Assembly (NCBI RefSeq): GCF_009914755.1
Contig: NC_060930.1
Length of the DNA: 64,000 nucleotides
Reading direction: 5' to 3' (one strand)
From: the human T2T-CHM13v2.0 reference genome, Homo sapiens
Below are positions 1 through 11,999 of the stretch, piece by piece; positions within the stretch are counted from its first letter, which is position 1; the number at the start of each line of letters is the position of its first letter. The position numbers were made by a program, and so were the translations under genes. Below the pieces are notes generated by a model. That model was not told the DNA's origin. It saw nothing but the letters and a program-made list of their open reading frames with translations, and did not search any database.

Positions 1-504
1 TCCATAATTAATGGCATTTGGCATGCTTCCCCTGGAAGCCTAATCAGAGCATGGAATGTGCTAATTAGAGCGGTTTGGTGCAAATCAGCCCGTGCAGGTG
101 TGGGGAAGCCGCTTCTGTTCTTTTCAGCACCGGTGGCAGCAGCAGCTCAGGAGTCTCTTAGGTTGGGCGGGGCTTGAATCAATGATGAGGCTCTATTCTG
201 AAACACCTTTTGGTGTGAAGCGGGCTTCTCTTCTTTTTGAAGATGTGGGCGTGCGTCTGTGTGTTTGATGGCGGGACACAGAGGGTTGGAGCTGGGGAAA
301 CACTTCAGGTGAGCTGTCCTCTGCTGTGGGGAACGTAAGAGAATCAAACAGGGCAAGAGCTGGGAGGAGGGGGTTGAGGAGAGGAGCTGACTACTCCCAG
401 CACCTTCACTCAGCTCACAGTGGCTAGACAAGGTCACCTGTCACACAGCCAGCTGCACCTTGTAAAAGCTAAGGCAACGGGACAACTTCTGTTCAGTGTC
501 CCCT

Positions 505-948
505 GTGTATTACCACCCTTCTCCAACCTGTCGTCTGCCCCAGCAGGCTGGAACCATGCCCTCAATCCAAGGACTCCCTCGATGTCTGACTTCTGGTTGA
601 TTTAGCACATAGGGAACCCCTGAAAGAGATTGGTGGGAAGGAGTGAAGTGAGTTACTTTCCCATCTTTCTGAGGGCTCCCTGTGGTCTGCAGGTCGGCTG
701 TCTTCCTAGATCTAAGATTCCAGTTCTTTTCTAGTAATCCTCTACTCTGTCTCAGAGTCTTAGGGACCCGGGCTTCAGGCTGAGGGGTGTTCCACCCCAC
801 CCCCATCAGCCTGGACTACAGCAGCCCCCTCTTGTGGTTTCCCAGTCCACCTCCACCTTTGTAAATAACCCCTTTATTAAACTCTCCTCAGATGATCCTC
901 ATTGGAGGGTGACATCTCTTAACAGCTGTCAGGATCCTGATGGAGATA
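505..948 (+). mobile_element. Ancient ERVL solo LTR, LTR33-like
   Basis: 3' end 'acctttgtaaataacccctttattaaactctcctcaga...ggatcctgatggagata' resembles the LTR33-type terminus with an ATTAAA signal; 5' boundary approximate. Confidence 0.55.
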
Positions 949-1180
949 GTTAGAACTGTTCCATAAGAGCGACACTCTTTTTAAGTAATTGGAGATTTCT
1001 CCCTTAAAAACCAGGGTTTTGGCAAATCATCTCTTCTTTTTGAAGGGAAATCTTTATAAAATGCATCTCCTATTTCTCTACCATCTTAACCAGAACTACA
1101 CATGATTTTAAAACTGCTCTTGATAACACTTCATAAGCAGCAATTGTTGTATCATGCTGGGCACTGCACACCTTGGGGGC

Positions 1181-1986
1181 TGTTATGGACCTGAGTTGTG
1201 TCCCCTTAAAATCGTATGTTGCAGCCCTAACCCCCAATGTGACTGTATTTGGGCCTTTAAGGAGATAGTTAAGTGAGATCATAAGGATGGGACCCTAATC
1301 TGATAGGACTGATGCCCTTAGAGGAAGATACCAGAGCTCAGGTGTGTGTGTGCACGTGTAATGTGTATGCACAGAAGAAAGGCCGATAGGGTGAGAGGTC
1401 AATGTCTGCAAGCTAGGAAGAGATCCCTTGCCAGAAACCAACTGTGATGATTAACACTGAGTGTCAACTTGATTGGATTAAAGGATGAAAAGTATTGTTC
1501 CTGATGCGTCTGTGAGGGTGTTGCCAAAGGAGATTAACATATGACTCAGTGGACTGGAAAGGCAGACCCACCCTTAATCTGGCTGGGCACAATCTAATCA
1601 GCTACCAGCATCACCAGAATAAATGCAGGCAGAAGAATATGAAAAGACCAGACTGGCTTAGCCTCCCAGGCTACATCTTTCTCCTGTGCTGGATGCTTCC
1701 TGCCCTCGAACATCAGACTCCAAGTTCTTCAGCTTTGGGACTTGGACTGGCTTCCTTGCTCCTCAGTTTGCAGATGGCCTATTGTGGGACCTATTACTCC
1801 TTAATAAATTCCCCTTTATATATACATCTATCCTATTAGTTATGTCCCTCTAAGGAACCCTGACTAATACATCAACTCTGCTAGCTTCTGGACTTCCAAG
1901 AACCAGAACTGTAAGAAAATAAATGTCTATTGTTTAAGCCAACCAGTCTCTGGCACTTTGTTATGGCACCCAAGTAGACTAATACA
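1181..1986 (+). mobile_element. MLT1A-type MaLR solo LTR, split by an MLT2A insertion (pieces 1181-1442 and 1872-1986)
   Basis: Starts 'tgttatggacctgagttgtgtcccc...ctaacccccaatgtgactgtatttgg' and ends 'tttaagccaaccagtctctggcactttgttatggc...actaataca'. Confidence 0.85.
1443..1871 (+). mobile_element. MLT2A (MLT2A1/A2) HERV-L solo LTR
   Basis: TG...CA termini 'tgtgatgattaacactgagtgtcaacttgattgg' to 'ccctgactaataca'; 5-bp TSD ccaac (1438-1442) / tcaac (1872-1876). Confidence 0.92.
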
Positions 1987-3215
1987 GAGACCCAAGAGCC
2001 TAAAACTCTTTGCCCTTGCCTGAAAAAGTTCCAAATTTCAGTGCCCTCTCACCCTCGTTTTACAGTTTCTTTGCCTTAGCTCTGCCAGTTATTACCTCTT
2101 GCTGCTGACAGGGTTGCTACCATTAGCAGAGCCATCCCTTACCTACTTCAATCTTACCCATTATTTACTAGTACTAAAGTGTTATGTCAGACCAGAAAAA
2201 TCAAGTTCACTAGTATTGTATATAAAGCAAGAGTTAATAGGTTCTGAGTGACAGTCTGAATTGTTCTTCCTTAAATAGACTTTTTTAGGATTTTAATGCA
2301 TAGACATTATCATGAGGACTTTGTAAATGCCCAGAAGCCATTTTTTCTTATACTAGAATCCTTGTCATATTCTTGGACAGCTGAGGTCAAATAAGTGCCA
2401 TAAGCAAATTGTGGTTGGTAATGCAGTAATTTCTCTGTTTTCTTTTGTGATCTAAACTGGTTAGAACACAATGAAACTCTGGCTTTACCCTCAGGATCTT
2501 CTGGCTTGAAATTATTGGAAATATGGCTTCGGGGTCCCCTATTATATGTCCACAGGTAGGAGAGAGGACTCAATTCATTTGTTCTAATGGGTTCCCAGGG
2601 AATTTGATTAGTGATCAGGCCCTGCATTGGCCACCCTTTTTCCTGGCCTACATGGCACTGCAGCCAGTCAATAGGTACCAATTTTATTAGGTGCTGCTCG
2701 TGTAATGGTGCACAAGGCGCCCCTCCAACCTCCTTGGCTTGTAATGCTCATTGGCAGAGACAGCTAATCGATAGTTGCTCCTCACCAGCCCCATAGATAT
2801 CGATTCAGGGCTCAGGAAGACTTTATAAGGAGTCATTGGGGGGATTCTTTCAGTTCAAATTGAATTGTGGGCCATTAAATCTCTTTAGCAAAAGACTGCG
2901 CCTCATATCACATGCCAATGCTCCTTCTGAATTTTTAACCAGTGCCCACCTCTGGAGAACATCCTGCCTTTGCTAAAGCCATCTCAGCGGGTCCCAGGTT
3001 TTTCTTTCCCCTGGCAGATCTGGTTAATTGTTATGGATCTTCCAGCAGGTAAAAGCAGGCTTTGTTTTCCTTGCAAAAGAAAACCAATTCAGGTGGTCCT
3101 GCCCATAAACTGGAAGGAAGGAGTAGGGGAAGAAAGAAAGGAAAAACAAGAGGAGAGTCAGACATGGGATGCCTGCTGTCAAGTTAGTCTCAGAGAACTA
3201 AACATTGATCAGATA

Positions 3216-3441
3216 CCACACATGTGCATACACACACATACACACACATCTTGACCCACATAAGCAGACACAAACAGGTACATACACATAAACACACATG
3301 TAAATAGGCACACTCACACATGTTCATGTGCATGTATACAAACACGGTCATGCATGCACACACAATCACAAATGCACACACAAACATGTGCATGCACATG
3401 TACAAACACACTTATGTGTGCACACTTACACAAACATGCAC
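3216..3441 (+). repeat. Degenerate (CA)n/(CATG)-rich low-complexity tract
   Basis: Alternating purine-pyrimidine cacacatg-like units read directly. Confidence 0.9.
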
Positions 3442-3569
3442 ACTTCTTCCTGCTACCCATGTTCATTCTTAGGGACCCCTTGAGGGAGTTTCCAGGAGAG
3501 AATAAAGATTCTCTTCCCACCTGGCCAGTGGTAACAGGGGAGAAAGCCTATTACAATGGAAAGGCTGAC

Positions 3570-3742
3570 TCCCCAGCTCCATCATTGCCAACTCTGTGAC
3601 ATTACGCAAGTTATGTGATTTCTCCAAAATTTGATGTCTCCATCTATAAAACAGGAGTTAATCATCATATAACAGGGTCATAGTGCAGAATTAGTTCATT
3701 GGAGAAAATGCTCTAGCACATAGCAGGTAGTAAATATCTGTT
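3570..3742 (+). mobile_element. MIR fragment
   Basis: 'ctgtgacattacgcaagttat...ctccatctataaaacagga' matches the MIR core. Confidence 0.6.
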
Positions 3743-3813
3743 CCCCGTGCTGCAATCTTTGATGAGTTCTCCCTGGAATCAGAGAAGGGAATGGCTGTTG
3801 AAACTCTCATGTT

Positions 3814-4202
<389 letters not shown>

Positions 4203-4911
4203 CTAATTTCATCAATGAGGACATCAAGGCCCAGAGAGAGGATGGACCTTTTCCAAAGTCACTGACGGAGTTAGTAACAGACTGGGATTGGATTCCTGGT
4301 CCACTTCCTTCCAGTCCTTTTTTTCTATTATGCTGCCTTCATCAAGGAGGACTGAGAGGCTCCACTGGCCCCATCACCAACCCCAGCAAGATTAATTGTT
4401 TTTGTTAGAGACTAACATTTTTGTAGAAGTTTACTCTTTTCACAGAGCAAAGGCTAATTAGAAATTGCAGTCTTAAGGGAGGCTGCCCTGGGCCTCTTAT
4501 TGGTACCTATGCCCAGGGTGAAACGAAAAGAAGCCAGAGAGTAGGCTGTGTGTGATATGAAGATGTCACCCCTGGCTTGGACAGGTTTCTTTAGAGCGCA
4601 GAGTCTCCTGAAAATTGTCTCAGGAGACCCTGCCTAGCAACAATCATTGATTTAAACAACAACAAAAAGCAGCTCATTATGGGGCAGGTGCCAGCCTAGG
4701 CTGGAAACCGGGCACCAGGGTCTAGGGATGCACATTCAGTGATAAAACATGCTGCCAGGATGGATGAAGAGCCAGGGTCAGGAATCCCTGGGTCAGAGCC
4801 AGGACAAGAATTCAATTCAGTAAATACTTGCCACAGCCTGTCCAGGAACAGTTAATAGCACACATAGGGTGGAGGCTGAAAATGCCCCTGAAACTGTAGC
4901 AGGGCTCATGG

Positions 4912-5112
4912 TTAATAACATTTGAGCATTCACCACTTGCCAGGTGCTATTGTAAGGCTTTCCATGTAGTCACTCATTAGTCTTCATAATGACTCTATGG
5001 GGTAATGCCTGTCTTTATACCCATTTTACAAGTGAAGACACTGAAACAAAGAGAGCTTAAGTAAGCAGTCCAAGGTCTAAGAGGCACAAATAGAATTTGA
5101 ATCTACACATTT
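4912..5112 (-). mobile_element. MIR
   Basis: 'cccattttacaagtgaagacactgaaacaaagagagcttaagtaagcagtccaaggtc' is the reverse MIR core. Confidence 0.8.
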
Positions 5113-5126
5113 AACAATGATGCCCC

Positions 5127-5600
5127 TGTCTTCAATCTTAAGAGGTCTGAGTTAAGGACTTGAGCACCAGTAGCTTATTTGGGGGATCTCGGGAAACACG
5201 GGAAAGGGAGAGGGGAAGTGGGATAGAGAAAAGAATGAAGCCAATACAGGGTGCATTAGAAAACATATTGACAACTAGAGCTTAATCCTGCTTGCCAGGA
5301 CTAGGAGCCAGGGCAGAGCATGCACCTTGGTTTTATATGCCTCTTAGGGGTGAGAGAGCTGGGGTATTTCTACACCAAGCCCCATCAATCACGGGTTGAG
5401 AGCTGCTCTTGGGCTGATAGTTCCTCAGCTCTTCCAGCCTGCCATGAACAGGCAATGAAGGATGTAGAGGACAAGGAAAGCCCTCAAAAAATATATAGAT
5501 AATAAAAATAAACAAAAAAACCACTCAGGTGCAAGGAGGCATTTGAAGTTGGCTGGTGTGCAACTGAGGAGATATGGGTGAGGCTCTGGCAGTGTTCAGT
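5127..5600 (-). mobile_element. LTR16-family ERVL solo LTR
   Basis: 'gagctggggtatttctacaccaagccccatcaatcacgggttgagagctgctc' and 'ttatttgggggatctcgggaaacac' are typical of reverse LTR16. Confidence 0.7.
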
Positions 5601-6584
5601 ATGGAAACCCCAACCTCCTAAATGACAGAAGAGAACAGAGATCCTCACTTCTGGCTTAGAAATCAAAACAACTAGACCCAGAGTGGTAAGCAATGAAAGA
5701 TCTGAAATACCTGGAACAAGTGGTGATGTCCCCTCTACCCCTTGTCCCTGGGCATGCAGATCAGCCCCTGTAGACTCATTTCATGCATATCCTCAATCCC
5801 AACACAGAACACATGTTGTCAGGCCTGAATGTGCATGATTTAAGTTCAAAGATGAGACAAAGACCTCACCTGACTGGATGGCTTCACTTGCCTGGCCCCT
5901 TACCCACCCCTGGCTTTGAGCAGTACAACAGACATCGGTGAGTTAAGTCTTATGTCCATCCTGCCTGACTGGGGGACTTGAGAACAAGGAACTGCCACAA
6001 GGCAGGGTGTGGAGGCAGGAGAAGGAAGGGCCCAAATACCTCACCTGTAAAGAGATGCTTGCCTCAGAGGTTGAGCCCTGACAGGCTACAGCGGCACCCC
6101 TGCTTGGGGAGCAGGGAGGTGATGGCGATGAATATGTCTGAATATGTATGTCCTTGTTTTCTTGGAATTGGTGTAACTGGGCTGTTCTGCAGGTTAGGTA
6201 TTGAAAATTGCCAATGGAACATGAAGAAAAGTCAATAGACATATGTAAAATGAAATCATTACATAGAAAATGATTTCCCCTGAAGGCCTCGGGAAACTGT
6301 CGCTATCAAGGAAAGAAATGTGCCTCTGTCGAGCCTGGAAATGCATGTGGGCTTAGGAAGCTGTGCGGTCCCGCGGTGCTTTCCTCCTTCACCTGCTCAG
6401 CAATGGTGTGTCAGGCCTTGCCTTAGGGAGCAGTGCCGCCAGAGAAGGTGGACATGGAACCAGCACGGTAGTGGTGACTGGCTGCCCCCAGGAAGGGTCA
6501 CTCTTCTTTCTCAACTACCAGAATTTAATATTTTCTTTATTCTAACCACTCTGGGCAACACAGAGATTCCAAAAACTGTTTTTG

Positions 6585-6715
6585 CTCTCCTGGAGGTTAC
6601 GGTTTCCTCACCTGTAGGTTGAATATAATAATGTTTCCCACAATTGTTATAAGGAATAATGTCTGTAAAGCATATGAAACAGCACAATGCCTGGCTGAGT
6701 GTGAGCCTAACCACT
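6585..6715 (+). mobile_element. MIR fragment
   Basis: 'ggtttcctcacctgtagg...aataat...gtaaagcat...cacaatgcctggc'. Confidence 0.6.
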
Positions 6716-6734
6716 TACTGTTTAAATGTGTCCG

Positions 6735-7115
6735 TTGTCTGTCTTCTGGTCTAGAATGTGAGCCCCTTGAGGCAAGGATTCTGTTGGCTGCCTCGCCATG
6801 CAGGTGACAGTACTTGGCAAATTGCAGGTGCTGAGGAAGTAGTGAATGAATGGATGAATGGAAACAACTCCAGGTACATAGTAACTTCTAGCTTGTTGGC
6901 ATAAGAGTTTAACCTCAGATGAGGTAAAGCATCCTGTCCTTTTTCCTTGTAACACCCACCATAATCACACTGACTGATATTCTGTGTAATCATTTAATAG
7001 CTGTCTCCTCTATTAGAATAAAAGTCCCATGAGGTTCGGATCCTGTCTATCCTTCTTCACTGTGATTTCCCCAGAGCTAAGCACTGTCACAAAGTTGGTG
7101 CATGATAATTGATGA
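6735..7115 (+). mobile_element. Two L2 3'-end fragments (~6735-6860 and ~6990-7115)
   Basis: 'ctagaatgtgagccccttgaggcaagga...gaatgaatggatgaatg' and 'ctgtctcctctattagaataaaagtcccatgagg'. Confidence 0.65.
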
Positions 7116-7992
7116 AAGGAGGGAGGGGAGGAAGGAAGTGAGAGAGGGAAAGAGCAAATGAACACAGATAGTAGCACTGAGTCATGGAAAACCCCAGGGC
7201 ATGAACTCTGGGTCCCAGAAGGCTCTTGCATCTCTGATGATAGGTGGGGTCCTTGGATTGTGGGGGACAGTCTGACCTGCAGGAGTGAGCCCTTGGGAGG
7301 GGTGGGCAGGGCGGCTGCAGTGGCTGGGGCTCTGTGAGCTCCCCCATGTTCCTGTCCCCAGCCTGATGCTGTTCCTGCTGAAGCCTCTGTGCTTTCCCAG
7401 GGAGAAGGGTTGTAGTTGTGGATCAGTGATATTTGTTAATGAACCTGACCTGCAGAGGGATTTCATTTCCCTCCTGCAAAGGTCATTCTCCTCCCCAGGC
7501 TACTCTGTCAGCCTACGGGGGATGGAGAGACCAGAGGTCTCCTGACACAGTCCTCAGGGAAGCCCCACCCACCCCAGCTCCCTAGAAGCCTGTGACAGCT
7601 TTGCACATCCTCCGTTGCACTTGGAAAAGATATAAAACGTCCCCGTTTGTCTCTTAGTAAAAAAGCAGTGGTTTCTACCTTGTAATTAGGATTACTCTGC
7701 CTGCAGTGTGATGTTCCTTTTAATCACCAAAGGGTAAGCCAGCAGTTAGCATAATACAACATGTTCATCCTAATACACACAGGCATTGGTGGGGAGAGCA
7801 AAGCAAGCAGGGAGGAGCAGGCCCTGATTCAGCCACAGCAGTGGGAGGCAGATGCCAGGAGAGAGGCGTGCTGAACAGGAAGACGGCGGTGTGATCATCC
7901 AGGGCAGAAAGGGACTGCAGCATGGCCAGGCGGGTCGGGAGCCAGAATGGGACACCTGCTGGAGACAGGAATAGAGAAGTTCACAACACCTG

Positions 7993-8447
7993 TACTCAGG
8001 GAGCCCCAGTCTGAAGGGAGACGCAGTCCCATCCTCAGGGATCCCCAGTCTGAGGGGAATCATACCCCTTACTCAGTGAGCCCCAGTCTGAGGGGAGACA
8101 CAGCCCCGGCCTTGGGTGGTCCCAGTCTGAGGGAGACACAGCCCTGTCCTTAGGGAGCCCCAGTCTGAGAGCAGACAGTCCCGTCCTCGGGAAGCCCCAG
8201 TTTGATACAGGAAAGAAAGCTTCTGGTCTCAGCAAGCCTCCTGTAAGAGGCAGAGGTGATTCCTGCTCTGAGCAGTTCACAGGGTGATGGTGGAGCTCCC
8301 AGCTTGATGGCAGAAGGACACTGCTCCTGCTCTCAGAACACTCTCCATCTGATAGAGGTGACACAGCCCTTGCTCTCAACAAGCTTTCAGTCTGATGAGA
8401 AAGACAGATCCCTTAGTCTCAGGAGGTCCCCAAACTGATGGCAGAAG
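7993..8447. repeat. ~38-bp minisatellite (ccccagtctgaggggagacacagccccatcctcagggag); ~6 good plus several degenerate units
   Basis: 'cccagt' anchors at 8004, 8043, 8081, 8120, 8158 and 8195 (periods 37-39), decaying to ~8447. Confidence 0.85.
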
Positions 8448-8626
8448 GAAGTGAATTAAACTCCATTGAGCTTCTACTGTATACCAAGCTGCATGGTAGA
8501 GGCACCTAGCTACTCATTTAACCCTCTGTGGTGTACCCAGGGTCACATGTTGCTTGACTCCAAGGGGCATCATTCATATGGGACACCATGAGGGTGGTGT
8601 CCCTGAAGGTGCACACGTAAGAGAGG

Positions 8627-8710
8627 GCCCAGTCTGAGGGAGACACAGCTCCATCCTCTAGGAGCCCCAGTCTGAGGGGAGAAACAGCCCCATCCTCAGG
8701 GTTCCCCAGT
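8627..8710. repeat. Detached second cluster (~2 units) of the same ~38-bp minisatellite
   Basis: 'cccagtctgagggagacacagctccatcctctaggagccccagtctgaggggagaaacagccccatcctcagggttccccagt'. Confidence 0.85.
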
Positions 8711-8922
8711 AACGGGCCCCAGAAGGGCCCAAGTAAGCATACCTACTCCCAACTTACAGAGGAGACAAATGGAGCACAGAGAGGCTGAGCCCAAGGGCTC
8801 ATAGCTGAGAAGCAGCAGAATCAGACCTGAAGCTGGGTTTTCCGAGCTCAGTCAAGTGCTCCTAGGATAGTTTCTTATCTGTGAGGGGAAATAAAACAGA
8901 AAGAGAGAAAAGCCTCCTACAC

Positions 8923-9415
8923 ATCCTGGTCTGGAGTTGCCCTATAAGTAGAGTCTGAAACAGAGGCTACCTCCTGGTGGCATTTAGCTGGGAAGTGATC
9001 TCAGGGAACAGGAGGGGAGTAGAAGGAAAACTAAACAGGGAAGGCAGGAAAGCCCATCCAAGCTTGCATTATCAGATTGGCCATTCCTGCAGGCAACTGG
9101 TGTGTGATCTCTCTGGGACCTCTCTGGAGCTTTGTGTAATATGTCTCAGCACCATGTGCCCAAGGGGATGAAAGGGAGAAAAAGTTACCCCTTGGCTGTC
9201 ACCTCCTATTGGCCACGGGTGACCTGCACTTCCTGGTTACAGGTGCCTGAGCATGAAACAGGTACCAATGGGAATGAATTGGTATCAGAGAAACCCTGGG
9301 CAGGAAGTGAGAGAGGCAGGGCACAGGCAGAGGTGAGTTCTGTTGGGTTGCATCTGCACAAGGCTGGTTGAAGCAGGGACTGAAGGGAGGGGCAGAGATG
9401 AGGAGATTATACAAT
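8923..9415 (-). mobile_element. LTR16-family solo LTR, interrupted near its end by THE1
   Basis: 'agagtctgaaacagagg...tttagctgggaagtgatctcagggaacagga...acagggaaggcaggaaagcc'. Confidence 0.65.
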
Positions 9416-11673
9416 TGATATGGTTTGGCTGTGTCCCCACCCAAATCCTATATTGAATTGTGACTCTCATAATCCCCACGTGTTGTGGGAGGGACCTGGT
9501 GGGAGGTAATTGAATCATGGGGGTGGGTTTTTCCCATTCTGTTCTCATGATAGTGAAAAAGTCTTATGAGATCTGATGGCTTTATAAAGGGTGGAGCTCC
9601 TGCACCCACTCTCTTGCCTGCTGCCATATAAGACATGCCTTTGCTACTCCTTGGCCTCCTGCCATGACTGTGAGGCCTCCCCAGCCATGTGGAACTTTGA
9701 GTCATTAAACCTCTTTCCTTTATAAATTACCCAGTCTCAGGTATGTCTTTATCAGCAGTGTGAGAACAGACTAATACAGTAAATTGGTACCAGTAGAGAG
9801 CAGTGCTGCTGTAAAGATACCCAAAATGTGGAAGCAACTTTGGAACTGGGTAACAGGCAGAGGCTGGAACAGTTTGAAGGGCTCAGAAGAAGATAGGAAG
9901 ATGTGGGAAAGTTTGCAACTTCCTAGAGGTTTGTTGAATGGCTTTGACCAAAATGCTAACAGTGATATGAACAATAAAGTCCAGGCTGAGGTGGTCTCAG
10001 GTGGAGATGAGGAACTCATTAGGAACTGGAGTAAAGGTCACTCTTGCCACACAAAGAAACTGGTGGCATTTTGCCCCACCCTAGAGATCTGTGGAACTTT
10101 GAACTTAAAAAAGATGATTTAGGGTATCTGGCAGAAGAAATTTCGAAGTGGCAAAGTGTTCAAGAGGAAGAACAGCATAAAAATTTGGAAAATCTGCAGC
10201 CTGACAATGCCATGGAAAAGAGAAACCCATTTTCTGGGGATAAATTCAGGCCAGCTGCAGAAATTTTAATAAGTAATGAGGAGCCAATATTAATCAGCAA
10301 GACAATGGGGAAAATGTCTCCAGGCCATGTCAGAGACCTTCACGGCAGTCCCTTCCATCACGGGCCCCAGGCTCAGAGGCCTAGGAGGGAAAAGTGGTTT
10401 CCTGGGCTGAGTCCTGGGCCCCCCTGCTGTGTGCAGCCTAGGGACTTGGTACCCTGCATCCCAGCCACTCCAGCTGTGGCTAAAAGGGGCCCAGGTAAAG
10501 CTCAGGCTGTGGCTTCAAAGGATGCAAGTCCCAAGCCTTGACAGCTTACATCTGATGTTGAGCCTGAGGATGCACAGAAGTCAAGAATTAAGGTTTGGGA
10601 ACCTCCACTTAGATTTCAGAGGATATGTGGAAATGCGTGGATGTCCAGGCAAAAGTTGGTGGCCAGGGCAGAACCCTCATGGAGAGCTTCCACCAAGGCA
10701 GTGTAGAAGGGAAATGTGGGGTGGAAGCCCCCACACTGAGTCCCCATTGGGGCACTGCCTAGTGGAGCTGTGAGAAGAGGGTCACTGTCCTCCAGACCCT
10801 AGAATGTTAGATCCACCGACAGCTTACATCGTGCACCTGGAAAAGCCGCAGACACTCAACACCAGCCCATGAAAGCAGCCGGGGTGGGCTGGGGGTGGGG
10901 GGGCTGTACCCTGCAAATCCACAGAGGTGGAGCTGCCCAAAGCCGTGGCAGCATCAGCGTGACCTGGATGTGAGACATGGAGTCAAAGGAGATCATTTTG
11001 GAACTTTAAGATTTGACTGCTCCACTGGATTTGGGACTTGCATGGGGTCTGTAGCCCCTTCATTTTGGCCAATTGCTCCCATTGGGAATGGGTGTATTTA
11101 CTCAATGTCTGCATCCCCATTGTATCTAGGAAGTAACTAACTTGCTTTTGATTTTACAGGCTCATATTCAGAAGGAACTTGCCTTGTCTCAGATGAGACT
11201 TTGGACTGTGGACTTTTGAGTTAATCCTGAAATGAGTTAAGACTTTGGGGGACTGCTGGGAAGGCATAATTGCTTTTGAAATGTGAGAACTTGAGATTTG
11301 GGAGGGGCCAGGGATAGAACAACATGGTGTGGCTCTGTGTCCCCACCCAAATCTCATCTTGAATTATAGCTCCTATAATTCTCACGTGTCATGGGAGGAA
11401 CCCGGTGGGAAGTAATTGAATCATGGGGGCGGGTTCTTCCTGTGCTGTCCTTGTGATAGTGAATAGGTCTCATGAGATCTGATGAGTTTATAAAGGGCAG
11501 TTCCCCTGTACATGTTCTCTTGCTTGCTGCCATGTAAGACGTATCTTTGCATTCTGCCATGATTATAAGGCCTCCCCAGTCATGTGGAACTGTGAGTCAT
11601 TAAACCTCTTTCCTTTATAAATTACCCAGTCTCAGGTATGTCTTTATTAGCAGTCTGAGAACAGACTAATACA
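9416..11673 (+). mobile_element. Full-length THE1 (THE1C/B-like) MaLR provirus: 5' LTR 9416-9778, internal 9779-11319, 3' LTR 11320-11673
   Basis: Two homologous LTRs ('tgatatggtttggctgtgtccccacccaaat...gaacagactaataca'), THE1-int start 'gtaaattggtaccagtagag', purine-rich PPT 'gggaggggccaggg', perfect TSD ACAAT at 9411-9415 and 11674-11678. Confidence 0.96.
9784..10541 (+). pseudogene. Frameshifted remnant of the THE1 internal (MaLR) ORF
   Basis: Overlapping ORFs 9784-10122 (VTGRGWNSLKGSEEDRKMWESLQLP) and 10044-10541 (PRDLWNFELKKDDLGYLAEEISK) are consecutive pieces of the known THE1 ORF in different frames. Confidence 0.8.
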
Positions 11674-11999
11674 ACAATGAAGGACCTACAGCGTCGGCTG
11701 CCTCCCACCCCAACCCCCAGCTGGTTGTACTCTCTGGGAAGTAGAAGCTAAAGTGGAATTGGGAATGCAAAAGTTTTTTTGAGAAGTATCACTTGAGAAG
11801 GAAAAAGGGAGAAAGATCGGTCAAGGGAGTCAGCTTTGAGATGTCATCCCTTTAAGGACCCAGTCTTCTAGTCCCTAACAAGAATCTGAGATTCTGTGAT
11901 GGAGGCCATCTAACAGAGCCCCCTTGGCCCAAAACAAATGCAGTAATGGAAATTCCTAGCTCAGGATTCTGCCATCCTTGGCCATGAAGTGTTCTGATT

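Noticed and set aside
8580-8603. 9-bp hairpin gggacacca-tgaggg-tggtgtccc as an RNA gene or terminator
   Set aside because: Short, and probably part of a palindromic MER91-like MITE remnant; no miRNA-length stem
9784-10773. THE1 internal ORFs as a functional or domesticated gene
   Set aside because: Broken by frameshifts and stops into several pieces, as expected for neutral decay
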